Below are positions 1-16,036 of a stretch of 64,000 nt of DNA, in pieces. Positions within the stretch are counted from its first letter, which is position 1; the number at the start of each line of letters is the position of its first letter. The notes under the pieces were generated by a model that searched no databases, was not told the origin of the DNA, and saw only the letters and a list, made by a program, of their open reading frames with translations. Source of the stretch: Trichinella spiralis (lineage: Eukaryota); assembly GCF_000181795.1 (NCBI RefSeq), contig NW_003526943.1, positions 10,474,789 through 10,538,788 on the forward strand. Reading direction: 5' to 3'. A program made the position numbers and the translations under genes.

Positions 1-1134
1 TGTTGCACTGATCGCAGAAAATTATAGCAACACTTCCGGGTATGATGCGAACAAAATCAGAATTTGTCTGAAAATTCTGCAATCTGGCGCAACCAGTATT
101 ATCTTGTCCAGAAAATGTAAGCAATTGTTAGCGTGAATGTGAATTTTGATAATCAAATCAAGTAATGAATTAACAAATCAAATAATCAAATAACAAATCA
201 AGATATTAAAGCACAACAAAGTGGCTGTGATATAATAGAAGTAAACCCTCCATCTACCCATTAATTTTTTTTACATTGCCAGGTTTTTTACTCTTTTCCC
301 ATATATTTCTTATGCCATATTTTTAATAATGTTTTTTTAAGCGCAACACTGAAACTCACAAAAAATGTTTACTAAAAACTTTGCGCATTCATCACAGTCA
401 GTGTATGGTAGTGAAGTTCAATGTGTTACAGAGCAGTAGTATTTGCTGTCGAATCAGTTGCAAATTTCAAAATTGCCTAATAGGATTGAGCTTGTAATTT
501 GCTGATCTTTTTCTAAAATTACACAGAAAATTTTTATTTTTAAATGTTAGTTTCTTATTGTCAACTGTTTTAACTGACAACAGTATAAAAAAGCATTTCT
601 TTTTATTATTCAGCTTACACACTTCTAATTAATTAAATTAATTAATTAAAGTTAAAAATGGTTGTCAAGGTTGGAAAATTTTCATTTTAAGCTAATGCTA
701 TACATTAACCTTGCTCTATGTTCAACATTTAAAAAACTTTTTCAAAAGAATTCTTAGATTAGCTAATTTGCTTCGTCTCTGTGTTACTTTGAGTTTCCTT
801 TCAAACAACAAAATCTTAGCAACAATTCCGGGAAATAAAGAATTTTATGTAAAAAATCTACAGTCTGGCGCAACAGTGCTAAATTATCCCGAAAAGCAGA
901 CAACGTTGGCGTATATGCAGTTGTTGAAAGTTAAAACAAAAGAAAAAATAAAAGACAAGAGAAAGGTAGAAGTAGCAATTTCAAGGAAATATTTTGACCA
1001 ATGAAACGTCAGAATTGAATAATCATTCCAGGAAATGCTTGTCAAAGTGACATTTCATTTGCTGAACATTACTATTGGCTGATAGCATGTATAAAAGCAG
1101 GGCGCATTTGAAGCTCACGCAGAAGCGCAGGCGG

Positions 1135-2260
1135 ATGGCGTTCAGACTGGTTGTTGCTTCGCAACCGCTAGTTTTAATAGGCCATTTGTCATGCAGTGTT
1201 TAAAAATAAAATTGGACCACACAAGATAGATAAAAGAAATTCTGCTGTTTCTGTGGAAAGTGTATAACTGCTTCAACTTTGAAATGGATTTGTACGTTAT
1301 TTGATATATTTCAAAAAAGTATAATAAAAGGAAGAATTAACTTCATGAACATATTAAAAAGGTTTTTGGCAATGAAGATCTCGAATAAGAAATCAGCAAC
1401 ATAAGGACACTGGCAGCTGAACACTTGAAATTCAGTTTATTGCAGAAGAAGAAAAAGAAATTGCAATATAATATGGAACCAGGAAGTTATAAATTATGCC
1501 CTATTTCAGAATAGGTGAATTTCATATTCCCATTTATGAGAAGGAAATTCTAATATATTCAACTTTGTTTTAATTGGATGGATGAAATTAAAATTGAACT
1601 ATAAATGAACGGTCAAGAAACAATGTTGATTTCTTTCATATGATCAGCAGGCGTCTACTGCTTCTGGAAAGTCACATAATTCTGTGGTTTTCATATTTAT
1701 GATCCCATCGACGATTTGAAAGGAAAGGTTAAAAAGTTCTCTAAAATCTGCACAGCAGCATCATCATCAACTTTGATCCATTCAATACCACAACGTTTCA
1801 AACACTCGATTCTGAGTTCCTGTGTGAACGTGAATTGCTAAGAGTCAGAACTACTCTTGAAATTGAAAATAATGTAGAAGCCATTGTCAAGGCAACGTCA
1901 GCAATTTAAAAGAATGAAGAAAACAGTCAAGAAATAAGCAACGAATATGGAACTGCAGGGACCATGCCTGCACAAGGCCACAGCTGTTCCTTCAATGGAC
2001 ATAAACTGATCGTTATACAAGGTAAAGCAGAAGAGTTCAATATTTTCCTTGCTGGGCGAAGACAAAGAACATTATGAAGCACGTGATGCAAACAGCTTTA
2101 GCTAAAAGACATTGGCGCGTTTATAAAGAAAAAGCAAAAGAACAAGATACTGAAAGTGAACACTATCAGATATCACGTGATCTTCTTTATGTCTGATGAA
2201 AACGGGATGATAGTGGATATGAAATGGGGATGATGATGATGATGATGATGAATGATGAAG
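1135..2260 (+). pseudogene. Possible decayed multi-exon gene of unknown family
   Basis: TATAAAA at ~1090, then an ATG with a hydrophobic start (MAFRLVVASQPLVLIGHLSCS). Exon-like, higher-GC blocks are broken by stops, followed by a GAT-repeat acidic tail (~2229-2256) and AATAAA (~2440). No family motif recognised. Confidence 0.2.
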
Positions 2261-3219
2261 TTGATGTCACAAACAAGAAGAAGCCCTATCACTTGTTAAT
2301 TGTGACGCTGCACATTTAAGTGATGACTTTATATTAATTTCATATATATTTCATATTTTGTACTGTGCTATATATTCATTAATTGCATTTTTAACGCGTA
2401 TTATGCATGTCATTATTTGTTTTATGTTTGTTGTTGAATAATAAAAGATGCTACTTTGATGTTGATTTGAAATAATTTATTAAAATTATACGCAAATATT
2501 ATTCTGAAAAATCTATTTCAGAATTCATTTCCAAACTTAGTGAAGCATAAAGCAGTCTAATGTTTAATGTTATTCTAAAAAAATATGGGCAAGAATACAA
2601 ATTTAACATAAAGAATTACATCAAGTGATTCCCAAAGGAGCTTGCGGGTGGTCGGTAGGGTCTTTTCATAATTTCTTACATAATATCTATTAACTGAGCG
2701 AAACCTTTGGTAAATCGCCGGTAAAAGAAGGAAACTGGTGAACTTGAGACACAAATTTTGGAATGTCATTACGTATCACTGTCACGATTTAAAGGCGACG
2801 CAGCAACTGCTCTATGCAACAGATTTATCTTCCATTTTACTAAATGCAAAAGTGTTTTCTGCATCAATTGTTAGAATGTCATCAGGCTGTGCTACTTGAA
2901 TTGAAATGTTTCCATCAGCTACCATTTTTCTGCATTAAGTGATCATGCTGCGTCATTTTCTATTTGATAATAATCAGAAGTTGTGTCTGAAGTTATGAAC
3001 CACCTCGCGTTCAAAAGGGTGTCAGTAATTTCATAAATCTTCAGTATGGAGTGTACTGCTTTCCTCGACGCTGTTATGTCACCAAATGCTGAAAAGCACA
3101 TGGAAAGAAACAACTAAAGCAATAATTTGCATGACAGAGAGGACTGTCAAGGAGGTGGTTTTACTCGGTCCCGCTTTTCTCTCATTGGTCTTTGCCCACG
3201 CTATTTTATTAGACCGTCA

Positions 3220-3337
3220 AATCTTTGTCGTATTGGTTTTCATTTTATTTGGCCGTGAAGTCTTTGTCGTATTGGTTTTCCTTGTCTAATTGCTCAGTGA
3301 AGTCTTTGTCGCATTGGTTTTTTTTGTATAATTGCTC
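3220..3337 (-). repeat. Three degenerate 39-42 bp tandem units reading KTN(T/A)TKTS on the minus strand
   Basis: TCTTTGTCG(T/C)ATTGGTTTT recurs at ~3222, 3261 and 3303. Spacings are multiples of 3, but the frame contains stops. Confidence 0.6.
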
Positions 3338-3372
3338 ATTGATTCAAACTCTTCAGTTGTGATTAAGATTTG

Positions 3373-4193
3373 NNNNNNNNNNNNNNNNNNNNNNNNNNNN
3401 NNNNNNNNNNNNNNNNNNNNNNNNNNNNNNNNNNNNNNNNNNNNNNNNNNNNNNNNNNNNNNNNNNNNNNNNNNNNNNNNNNNNNNNNNNNNNNNNNNNN
3501 NNNNNNNNNNNNNNNNNNNNNNNNNNNNNNNNNNNNNNNNNNNNNNNNNNNNNNNNNNNNNNNNNNNNNNNNNNNNNNNNNNNNNNNNNNNNNNNNNNNN
3601 NNNNNNNNNNNNNNNNNNNNNNNNNNNNNNNNNNNNNNNNNNNNNNNNNNNNNNNNNNNNNNNNNNNNNNNNNNNNNNNNNNNNNNNNNNNNNNNNNNNN
3701 NNNNNNNNNNNNNNNNNNNNNNNNNNNNNNNNNNNNNNNNNNNNNNNNNNNNNNNNNNNNNNNNNNNNNNNNNNNNNNNNNNNNNNNNNNNNNNNNNNNN
3801 NNNNNNNNNNNNNNNNNNNNNNNNNNNNNNNNNNNNNNNNNNNNNNNNNNNNNNNNNNNNNNNNNNNNNNNNNNNNNNNNNNNNNNNNNNNNNNNNNNNN
3901 NNNNNNNNNNNNNNNNNNNNNNNNNNNNNNNNNNNNNNNNNNNNNNNNNNNNNNNNNNNNNNNNNNNNNNNNNNNNNNNNNNNNNNNNNNNNNNNNNNNN
4001 NNNNNNNNNNNNNNNNNNNNNNNNNNNNNNNNNNNNNNNNNNNNNNNNNNNNNNNNNNNNNNNNNNNNNNNNNNNNNNNNNNNNNNNNNNNNNNNNNNNN
4101 NNNNNNNNNNNNNNNNNNNNNNNNNNNNNNNNNNNNNNNNNNNNNNNNNNNNNNNNNNNNNNNNNNNNNNNNNNNNNNNNNNNNNNNNNNNNN
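3373..4193. other. Assembly gap (N run)
   Basis: Run of N; the ORFs spanning it are artefacts. Confidence 1.
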
Positions 4194-7091
<2,898 letters not shown>

Positions 7092-9867
7092 CATTTTGCT
7101 TCTTCTTCCAAACATCGATTTCTCGCCTTTTTCTAAAATGAAAAATTATTTAATAAAAATATTCATTATGTTGAAATTTACATACTTTTTCAACTTTTTC
7201 TTTTTCCTTCTGCTGTGCATATTCAATTTCAATGTTGTTAATTTTTGTCAGAAAGCACACGCCATCGTAACTCAGCAATTCACCAGGGTGTTGGTCGTTC
7301 CATAAGCATATTGCTTGTTCCAGCTTTGATTTGATCTGAAAATAATCCAAGAAGCTTCAAATTCAACTAAAATCTAGAATATGTTCGTTTATTTTGGAAA
7401 CTTTTGGCAATTTATGTTCGATTAATTTTCTCTCTTTTTCTTCTTGCAAAAGGGCCCCGCCACGATTGAAAAATCTAACTGCATCCAAACCACGTTTCTG
7501 CAAGAGAAAAAAAATAATAATTTGAATTTCACGTCTGAAATGAAATATTTTTGCACCTAATTTATCACCTCAAAATTCACTTTCATTTGCCACAAATTTT
7601 CCCATTCTTCGTAAAGTTGAAGCACCGGCTTTCTGCTTTCATAAAACTTTTCCAAATTATTTATCTCGTTATCGTATTGCACCAACGCTTTATCCGAGTA
7701 TTTATCTGAAAAAAGATTATTTTAATTATTTATGAAAATTTACACCTATTAAAAGTACCTTTTATTGAAGTCATAAATAACTGACGTCGCTCTGAAGCAA
7801 TTTTACAGCAATTCCACATTTGGTTAAGGTGAGCAATTTTTTCTTCGCATATCAATTTTCTTTGTTCAATAAATTTCACATATTCATGTTTCAACTAAAA
7901 AAGAAGTAAAATTTCATATTTTAATAAAATGAGCAAATTAAAAATAGTAGTGTTCATTTCTTGAAAAATGTATTTTATATTCATTCAGCTTTTCATTAAT
8001 TTTGGCAAAAATCAAACTGGAAAATAATTCCACATTTACCTCCTCATGAAAAGATTGAACACTTTCTAAAAACTGCAAAGAACAATTTTGAGTAATATCT
8101 TCCGCCATAATCAAGCTATTTTTGAAAGAACTCTTCGTTGTGTAATGCATCTCTTCGACCATGGATTTAATTTCAGCCATGCTCACTTTGAGCATAGCGG
8201 ATCGGATTTTCTTAAAATTACAATTCAATAAAAAGTTTCAAATTCTTTGAAAAAGACAAATAAACAAATAATAATAATAATTAATATTTACGCAAAGTTC
8301 TTTTTTTCTTTCCAATTGTGCACTCAATTCATCCAAATGCTCAGTAGATAAATCAAAATTCGAAGAAATTGATGAAAAATCCTCACCAAGCCGTGTATAC
8401 AAAATTTGCAAATTTTCAGTCAAATCATTGTACAATATTTTTCGACGTTTCTCTTCCTCACGTAGCTGCATCAAACGTTGTCTATAATAATGCTCTTCCA
8501 CAACTAAACCCAAAAAATCACCCTTCTAAAATGAGAATTCAAATTAATTTGAATTAAACAAATAAATTAATAAACAAAAATATACATTTTCTTCTTCTAA
8601 GTTGAGTTCTTTCTCCAGAGCATTAATTTCAGTTTTGAAATGTTCAATCCTTTTCGTTGCTAAATCCATAAAACCCTCTTCTTCGGCAATCATGTCGCTC
8701 AGCAAATTGTTGATCTGTTTCACGGTGTTCTGCAAACGCTCTTTACGTTCATCTTCTGGTAAACCCATTTCATTCCAAATATTTTGCAAAATATGCAAAT
8801 TTGAATCTAAAACTTCAAACAAATTCTGCCCTGCAGACAAACGCTTCTCTGTGGCGGAATCCATCTGTCTAAAAGAAATAAACTTTTAAAAAGTACATGT
8901 TTTGTTCTAATTTACAAAATTAATTTAAATTATATTACAGTACAAAAATTTGTACAAATCTCTTTATGAAAAAAAATGAAACTTTAAGAATTATTTATCA
9001 AAATCTACCAAACAATTGCAAAATATCACTCATAAACTATTTTCAGTAAATTAACATTAAACAAAATTTGATGCTTCATTACATCTCAATTTAAATTGCT
9101 TTTAAAATAAAAACACATAAATTGCTTTTAAAAAAATTCTTATAAATTTTTAATTTCTTTATTTTAAATTTCAATAATTTAATTAAATACTGTAATATTA
9201 AATTTCTCATGCAATATTAAAACTTGAATATTTTGAGAAAAAGTAATAAAAAAAATACCCTTTCATGGTAACAGTGTAATCCTCCATTTATTAATACACT
9301 TTAACAATACGAATTAACTGATGCATTCATTGTGATCGCTTAATTAAATGAATAGCGCCCAACGAAGATTATGCAAATTTAACTTTCTTTCAAATACGTT
9401 CACATGTATATGCTATAAGTTTTTAAATAAAGTTTCCCCGTTTACACAGTACTTTTTCCTTTCGTAAAAATATATAAAAAATAACTTAAATCACTACAAA
9501 TTTAACCAGTTGAAATATAATTTATTGTAATTATGTTATCGTTACCTTGGTACAATTTTACGGTCGTCTTTGATTTCTTACTGTTAATTCATCATATTGT
9601 ACAATTTTTAATAAAAAATATTTTCATAACAATTAAAAAAAGTTCCCCAATTCATTTCATCTACTGCGAATCAGTTGTTCACAAGATATTATCATCTTTT
9701 CAGAAAATGAAATTCTTATCGCATATATTTTATTTGAAAATTTCTACTAAGTGAAATGGAAAATGTAAATTTCCAATTTCATCACAGCAATAATCTGGTG
9801 AATATTGTTAAAAATTTATGACATTTCTCTCAAGTGACGAAACTTCAAGAAAAAAACACTTCATGAA

Positions 9868-11331
9868 TCATTCATTCACTATAGGTTTGCATTGAAGATC
9901 AACTACAAGATGACCAATGCGAGGTGCGTACCATTTCACTTTTGTTATTCCAATCACGGTCACCGTATAAAACGCTTGGTGTACGGTAAATAAAACTTTC
10001 TCGATAGTCGAGGCAGTTTTATAAGCAAATTTTGTAAAACAATCCGGTAAGATCGATGATTCCTGAAGACATCTATGAAAAGTGACAGATTCGTTTAACT
10101 CTCTTCCCATAGACAGACAAGGACATTTTCCTTCTACACGATCAGCACATTGGGTAACGTTGCCGTGGATGTGCAAGATGCCGCCGGATGGTTGAAGTGC
10201 CTGGCAAGCTGTAAACCAATAATTCATGGAGGAAGGTAAAATGCCAAGAATAACACGATTGGCAAAAAAGCTTGGGCACATCTGAAAAAAACTTTTATCA
10301 TAATGGATAATTATGAAACATTTCCCACAAATCATTTCATCGCCCATTTCTTTCATTAAAATAACAAAAAGAAAAGAAAAATAACTTGTTCGTTCGTAGA
10401 TTAAACATGAAAATTACAATTAAAAAATTATTTAGTTATTAAAAAATTACTAGTAATATAAGCGAATCAATATTCTGGTTTTTATAATACATCAAAAATA
10501 AATTAAAAAATTAAAATTCACATATATAAATTAGAACATAATATGCAGCATTCTTAACATTACCAATCGACAGTCACCCAACAAAGTTTTGCAACGATCT
10601 GAAACTGAATTAATTTTCAGATTTTCATTCAAATCATAAAATGCATCAGGATTCAATTCAAATGCAAGCACAAAACAAGCTTTAGCGTGTACCAGTAATG
10701 GCAACGTAAAGTAACCAATACCTGAAGAATAAAAGAAAACATAATTTAAATAAAAAATAAAAAAAAAACATGAAAGTACCAGCAAAAAAGTCGGCAACAA
10801 TTTCTCCAGCACAGTTCAACGAAGCCATTCTCATTCTCTCACTAACATTTCCTTTGCTAAACATGCATTTTCTAACATCATAACCATATCTGAAACAAAT
10901 ATAACATAGAACTGCATTTTATAGATATTTATATACAACTAACTTTATGTGATTTTCAATCTGTAAAACACGAGAATGTTCACCCAGTATCAACGTTACT
11001 TGAGGAGATCGAAAGTCGTCAGAATGAATTCTGTCCACGCGAGCAACTCTTTTGGCATTCAAACATTTCGCTACAATAATCCAAAATTCTTTGTCTGAAA
11101 TGAAATATTTTAGACGTAATAAGACTTCAAACTTGCCAAAAGTACAATTAACACTTTACCAAGTGAATCAAATACTTCCGCCTTGAAAGCATTTGCTGGA
11201 AAGAGCACCATATCATCCCGCTTTTCCCAATGTTCCGGAATTTCCTTCAACAAATCTGGGTGCCATATGCCTTTTTCGTTACAAAATTCGATTACTGCTT
11301 CTTTCAGCAATTCATATGGTGTTAGTTTCAT
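9868..11331 (-). CDS. TRMT12: tRNA wybutosine-synthesizing protein 2 (TYW2/TRMT12), 5 exons
   Basis: Spliced exons give IPEHWEKRDDMVL, DDFRSPQVTLILG, CMFSKGNVSERMRM, VADFFAG-IGYFTLP, ELNPDAF, ANRVILGILPSS, GILHIHGNV and KWYAPRIGHLVVDL. These match TYW2-type Met-10/SAM-dependent family motifs. Confidence 0.85.
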
Positions 11332-11432
11332 CGTTGCCTTATTCAAACAATATATTTATAAATTTAGTATAAGCAACAAACCTATTTGTGTAAAACACTG
11401 AATCTGAAAACCAAAATGAGCAACTTTAAAAT

Positions 11433-11760
11433 GATAAGGATAAACAAATTAAACTAATAAGTTAAACAGTATTAAATAATTATGAAAACAATTTATATTC
11501 CATTAAACATTGGAATATAATGCAGAACTGTTTCTGCATTACAGTATGTAAATATTCGCAAGTATTAAAAAAATTCATACGGAAAGCAGCAAAAACCGAT
11601 AAGGATAAACAAATTAAACTAATAAGTTAAACAGCATTAAATAATTATGAAAACAATTTATATTCCATTAAACATTGGAATATAATGCAAAACTGTTTCT
11701 GCATTACAGTATGTAAATATTCGCAAGTATTAAAAAAATTCATACGGAAAGCAGCAAAAA
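11433..11760. repeat. Tandem duplication, 2 x 165 bp
   Basis: GATAAGGATAAACAAATT...GGAAAGCAGCAAAAA at 11433 and again at 11598, with about 2 mismatches. Confidence 0.95.
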
Positions 11761-12312
11761 TATATTTACTGATAGAACGAGAAATAAAATTTTAAAATAT
11801 ATAACACTTTTTAATAAAAATGTGCTTTCACTAGCCAACAGCAGCAACAACAACAATAATAAACAACATATCAGTGAACGACATTAACAAAGTGGTATCA
11901 GGGTGATTTCAAAATTAGAAATTATTGTTTGTGGATAAAGATTGACGCTAAGGACAGCCGCTTTGTTTATTGAAGCTTGAAAAATAAACTCTTATTTGCC
12001 AATATCTTTAACCGTACATAGCAACAGACTACTGGCACCAGCTTACTCGCCACAATTTCATGGATGGTAAAATGCTATTGATATCATTGGTACAACCTTG
12101 AATGTACCATCGGTACCCTAAGTGGTCTATTACCGATTTTCCAACTGATATATAAATCTGCTCCCACTGTTTGTAAATAAATTTGCTGCCTGTTGAAATT
12201 TATCAAGATTTGATTTATCAAGATTTCCGGGGTGTAATGTCAGAATACTGAATAATCTGTTTGAAAAAATCTGGAAACGTTGCAGCAACACTTCCAATTT
12301 CCNNNNNNNNNN

Positions 12313-12843
12313 ATCATGAAGCTTTTAGCTGTTAACAGTGTATATGGATTTCTTGAAGAAGTCCGCCATCGATATTCACGTGATCTTTATATTAAATTCA
12401 ATCATTTGTTCAATTTTTTGCCAGTAGCAGGGCTAATATCTGGTAAAATATTTTGTATGCATGGAGGATTATCCAAAGATCTGGAAACTTTTGATCAAAT
12501 ACGATCAATTGAACGTCCGGTGGAAATTCCGCTTCAAGGGCTCTTGGCGGACCTGTTGTGGTCAGATCCTGACCGAAATATTAATGGCTGGGAAATCAGT
12601 TCCCGTAACGTTGGTTATGTATTTGGAGAAGACGTCATTCTAGAATTTTGTGAGAAGATGCGTATAGATCTCATAGTACGGGCGCATCAAGTGGTTGATC
12701 CTGGTTATGAATTTTTTGCTGACGCCCATTTAGTTACCATCTTTAGCGCCCCTAATTACTGCAGACAGTTTTCCAATTTAGCTGGTGTACTGCAGGTGGA
12801 CGGCAATCTTTGTTGTAAAATCTTTCAGTTAAAACCAAAATGA
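12313..12843 (+). CDS. PP1-family Ser/Thr phosphatase, C-terminal half (intronless; 5' part lost at the gap)
   Basis: IFCMHGGLS, DLLWSDPD, DLIVRAHQVV, GYEFF and TIFSAPNYC motifs. The first ~85 nt overlap 40244-40327. Confidence 0.92.
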   Translation: MMKLLAVNSVYGFLEEVRHRYSRDLYIKFNHLFNFLPVAGLISGKIFCMHGGLSKDLETFDQIRSIERPVEIPLQGLLADLLWSDPDRNINGWEISSRNVGYVFGEDVILEFCEKMRIDLIVRAHQVVDPGYEFFADAHLVTIFSAPNYCRQFSNLAGVLQVDGNLCCKIFQLKPK

Positions 12844-15800
12844 TTTCTATTGAAATTATTTTGCTCTCATTTCTATTCATCAGATCACATGTATCATATG
12901 CAATTCATCTTTGAATCAATAAATTATTGTTCATTATATTATTGTACTATTTGTCTAATTTATCATTAAAATATTTACAATTTTGTTGCATTTCCGGCAT
13001 TATCGTTCGTTGCTGTCGCCATTTTCCTTCCAGGCATTTCGCACAACGGAACAACGATTTACTGTTCTAACAGTATGCAAGCATGCACAAGGTATTAGGT
13101 ATGCAATAGTCAACACATTGACGGGTTCCAATCCAGCCGTAGAAATAGCAACATACAGTATTACAAATGGTTTTTAGGTACGTAAAGAAGGGCGAAAATT
13201 TGTACATCACCCTGCTTTTTCTTTACAGCTTGTCGCAGACTGTATTAATTTTAATATAAGATGTAGTTATTGGGAGTATGGGGGCTCGTCTTCTTTCGTC
13301 TGAATGTGTCATAAATCATTAACTTTTATGCTTAGAATAATTAGTCATGATCATTCTCTAGCAAAGTGTATACGAGGTTAGCGGTATCGAGCTGCACAGT
13401 TTGAACAAGAAAAAACTGCTCTTTAAAATCTTGTTTGGGCTTTTTTTATTACGGATTTCCATTATCTGCCTCATTTCTGCGCTAACCTTGTGTAAGCCCT
13501 GTTTGTAATACTTGTATTTTATCGTGCTATATTGTATTATATTTGTATTTTATTTAATTGTATTGCATTATTTAGTTTTTTTCCGTTTTCGTTCTTCCCA
13601 CTTTATTAGTATTGTTCACTGGTGTTTATTATTTTGCTGTTGGCTGTTCTTTACTGTTGCTGTTGTTCTTGAATGATGAAAAATAAAATCCCTGCTTTTC
13701 TTATTATAGCTTGCATTGTTTTGCTGAGTTCAAACTAGTGTTGAAAAGTAATTTTCAAATATTTTCACTGAATATATTGTCACATTTTATATAACTTCAT
13801 TGCGTTACAATGATATATAGAATAATGATGATGTTGATCACTGAAAAGTATGAACTTCAATAATAATAGATTAAAAAAACATAATGTTATTGAATGGTAA
13901 AATTTCGCAAATTTTGATTAAAGCAATTCTCGAATAATGAATATTTTGATTATTAATGTTAAGTCACTACTATCGAAGTTACGTAATCCTAAATGGAAAT
14001 ATTTGAACCAATATAATAAAATTATATTGCAGCTAATCAAAAGTGAAAGGTTTGAATCAATGAGCAATTAGACAAGGAAAAACAAAAACATAAAGGCATG
14101 AAGGTCAAATTAAATAGCGCGTTCAAAGACCAATAAGAAAACACGGTGAAAATTTGGCCTGAACTGGACCAAATCTTCCTAAACATTATTATTGGTAGTG
14201 TAGGTTTTTATTCAGACGCTGCAGTTGGAATGGGTCATTATTTTGTTAATGCAATCTTATATCTGTATGTGTGTGTGCGTGTATTTGTGTGTATTGCTAG
14301 GATAGCAAAACGTTGTTCTCTTGTGTGTAATGACTAGAAAAGGTACAAGAAAAGCAGCGAACGATAACGCGGGAAACACTGCAATAGTAATAGTGAGCTG
14401 TCAGCGTTGCGCGAGACGTAGTGAATTTGTAAAAATAAAAGAATACATCAGTCAACTGCGGAGATATTAAAATCAATAAAACTGTGTAACAGCAGTCCAT
14501 GTTTTATTTCTGACCGACAAATTAAATGTAATGAAAGGAGTAAGCAAATTTTAATTTTTTTATTGTCCACATGTTGAATACAGAATTTTGTTTGCACTTG
14601 ACTGTCAGATTACGGTAAAAGTTTCTTTGACGTGAAATCTGAACAATGGTAAATGTAGATGGGTTGTACTGATAGTACGTGTGTATTGTTTTCTGTGAAT
14701 TTATTGCTGTTTGCTTTGTTACTTTTCAATACTGCATTTGTATTAAGCAGTGTTTACTTCGTTTATCGACATTCAAAAATCATAGATTGAGAACGACGAC
14801 GTAGTTGATTTAATATTTGAACAGAACTAGGTCTATCATAAATACATCACCGCATTGAAAAACTTCAATAATTACAGGTCCTTCGATCATGAAATTTCTG
14901 TGAGCGCCCTGTTTGCAATATCATCATGAAGGAATAACAATTTTATTTTTCTTAGCTTTTTATTCAAAAATGATTTAGCATACAGCTTAAAATGAAATTG
15001 CTTCAGTTTCAATTTAATTTGAATTTCAGTTCAGGCATGTTTCAGAAAATTTACAGACTGTAGTTCACTTTTCATTTATTGGCATCTTGCTTTTCAATAA
15101 CGGTTTATATACAGTTATATTGAAAAATGGGTGCTGTATTTGAAAGTGAAGCATAGTTTGTTAAATATGAAAGTGAAAACTATTTTTGTAGTTCAAATGC
15201 TATTTAAATTTTTAATATTTTATTTTGCTTATTATAGTGTTTTTAGCATGGTTTTTCATTGTTATTTAAGTCTACCCCTTAAATGCAGATTAAGTATATG
15301 AAAATTTAAAATCATCGATAAAATTTTATAGCTAAGTGGTATAAATTATGAAAACAAATTATTAATTTTTATACTTTTAGGAAAGTTACAGTTTAATTGT
15401 GGTAACCTGTAAATCATTTACAGAAGTACAAGCAACTGTTTATGAAGTACGTTTTATTTCGTTGCCTATTGCATTCTTTGTGATAAATATTTTCTTCAGA
15501 GATATTTTCTGCTTAAAAATTTATGATTATTGGAATGTGAAATTTATTCATGCGTGTATCTTTTTTTTAATAATTTCCTTCTATTTATGTTATATTTTTG
15601 TCTTTTATAAAGTTTGTATAAAAAATTTTCTTTATTTAGTTTATCATTGTTCTTTTGTATAGCAGGTGTAGAAAGCATTATTTTATCTATTTATATAAAT
15701 CTTGTTTTAAATTAATGCTGCGTTTTCACTGTTAGACATTTCAAAATGATATTGTATTTGTTAGCAGTTTGCTTGATAGCTTCGCATCTATGTATACATC

Positions 15801-16036
15801 CTCGTATCTATATGTAAAGAAATGTTTTAACTGCTGAAACTCTTTAATAATAAGTTTTGAAAATTTTGCATGAAGTCATAACATGATTTAATTGAGGTCA
15901 GTTTACTTGCATATCAAATTCATTTGATTGTACGTATCTTATAATCCGATATTTTCTATTTATCGGAACTTTAAGCTTTCTTTTTAGTAGTGTAATTTAT
16001 ATTTTTTCCTTTTTATTTCAGTTGGTGAACTTTGCT

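Noticed and set aside
3220..3337. CRISPR-like repeat-spacer pattern
   Set aside because: Eukaryotic context, only three degenerate units with related spacers; it is a coding-type tandem repeat.
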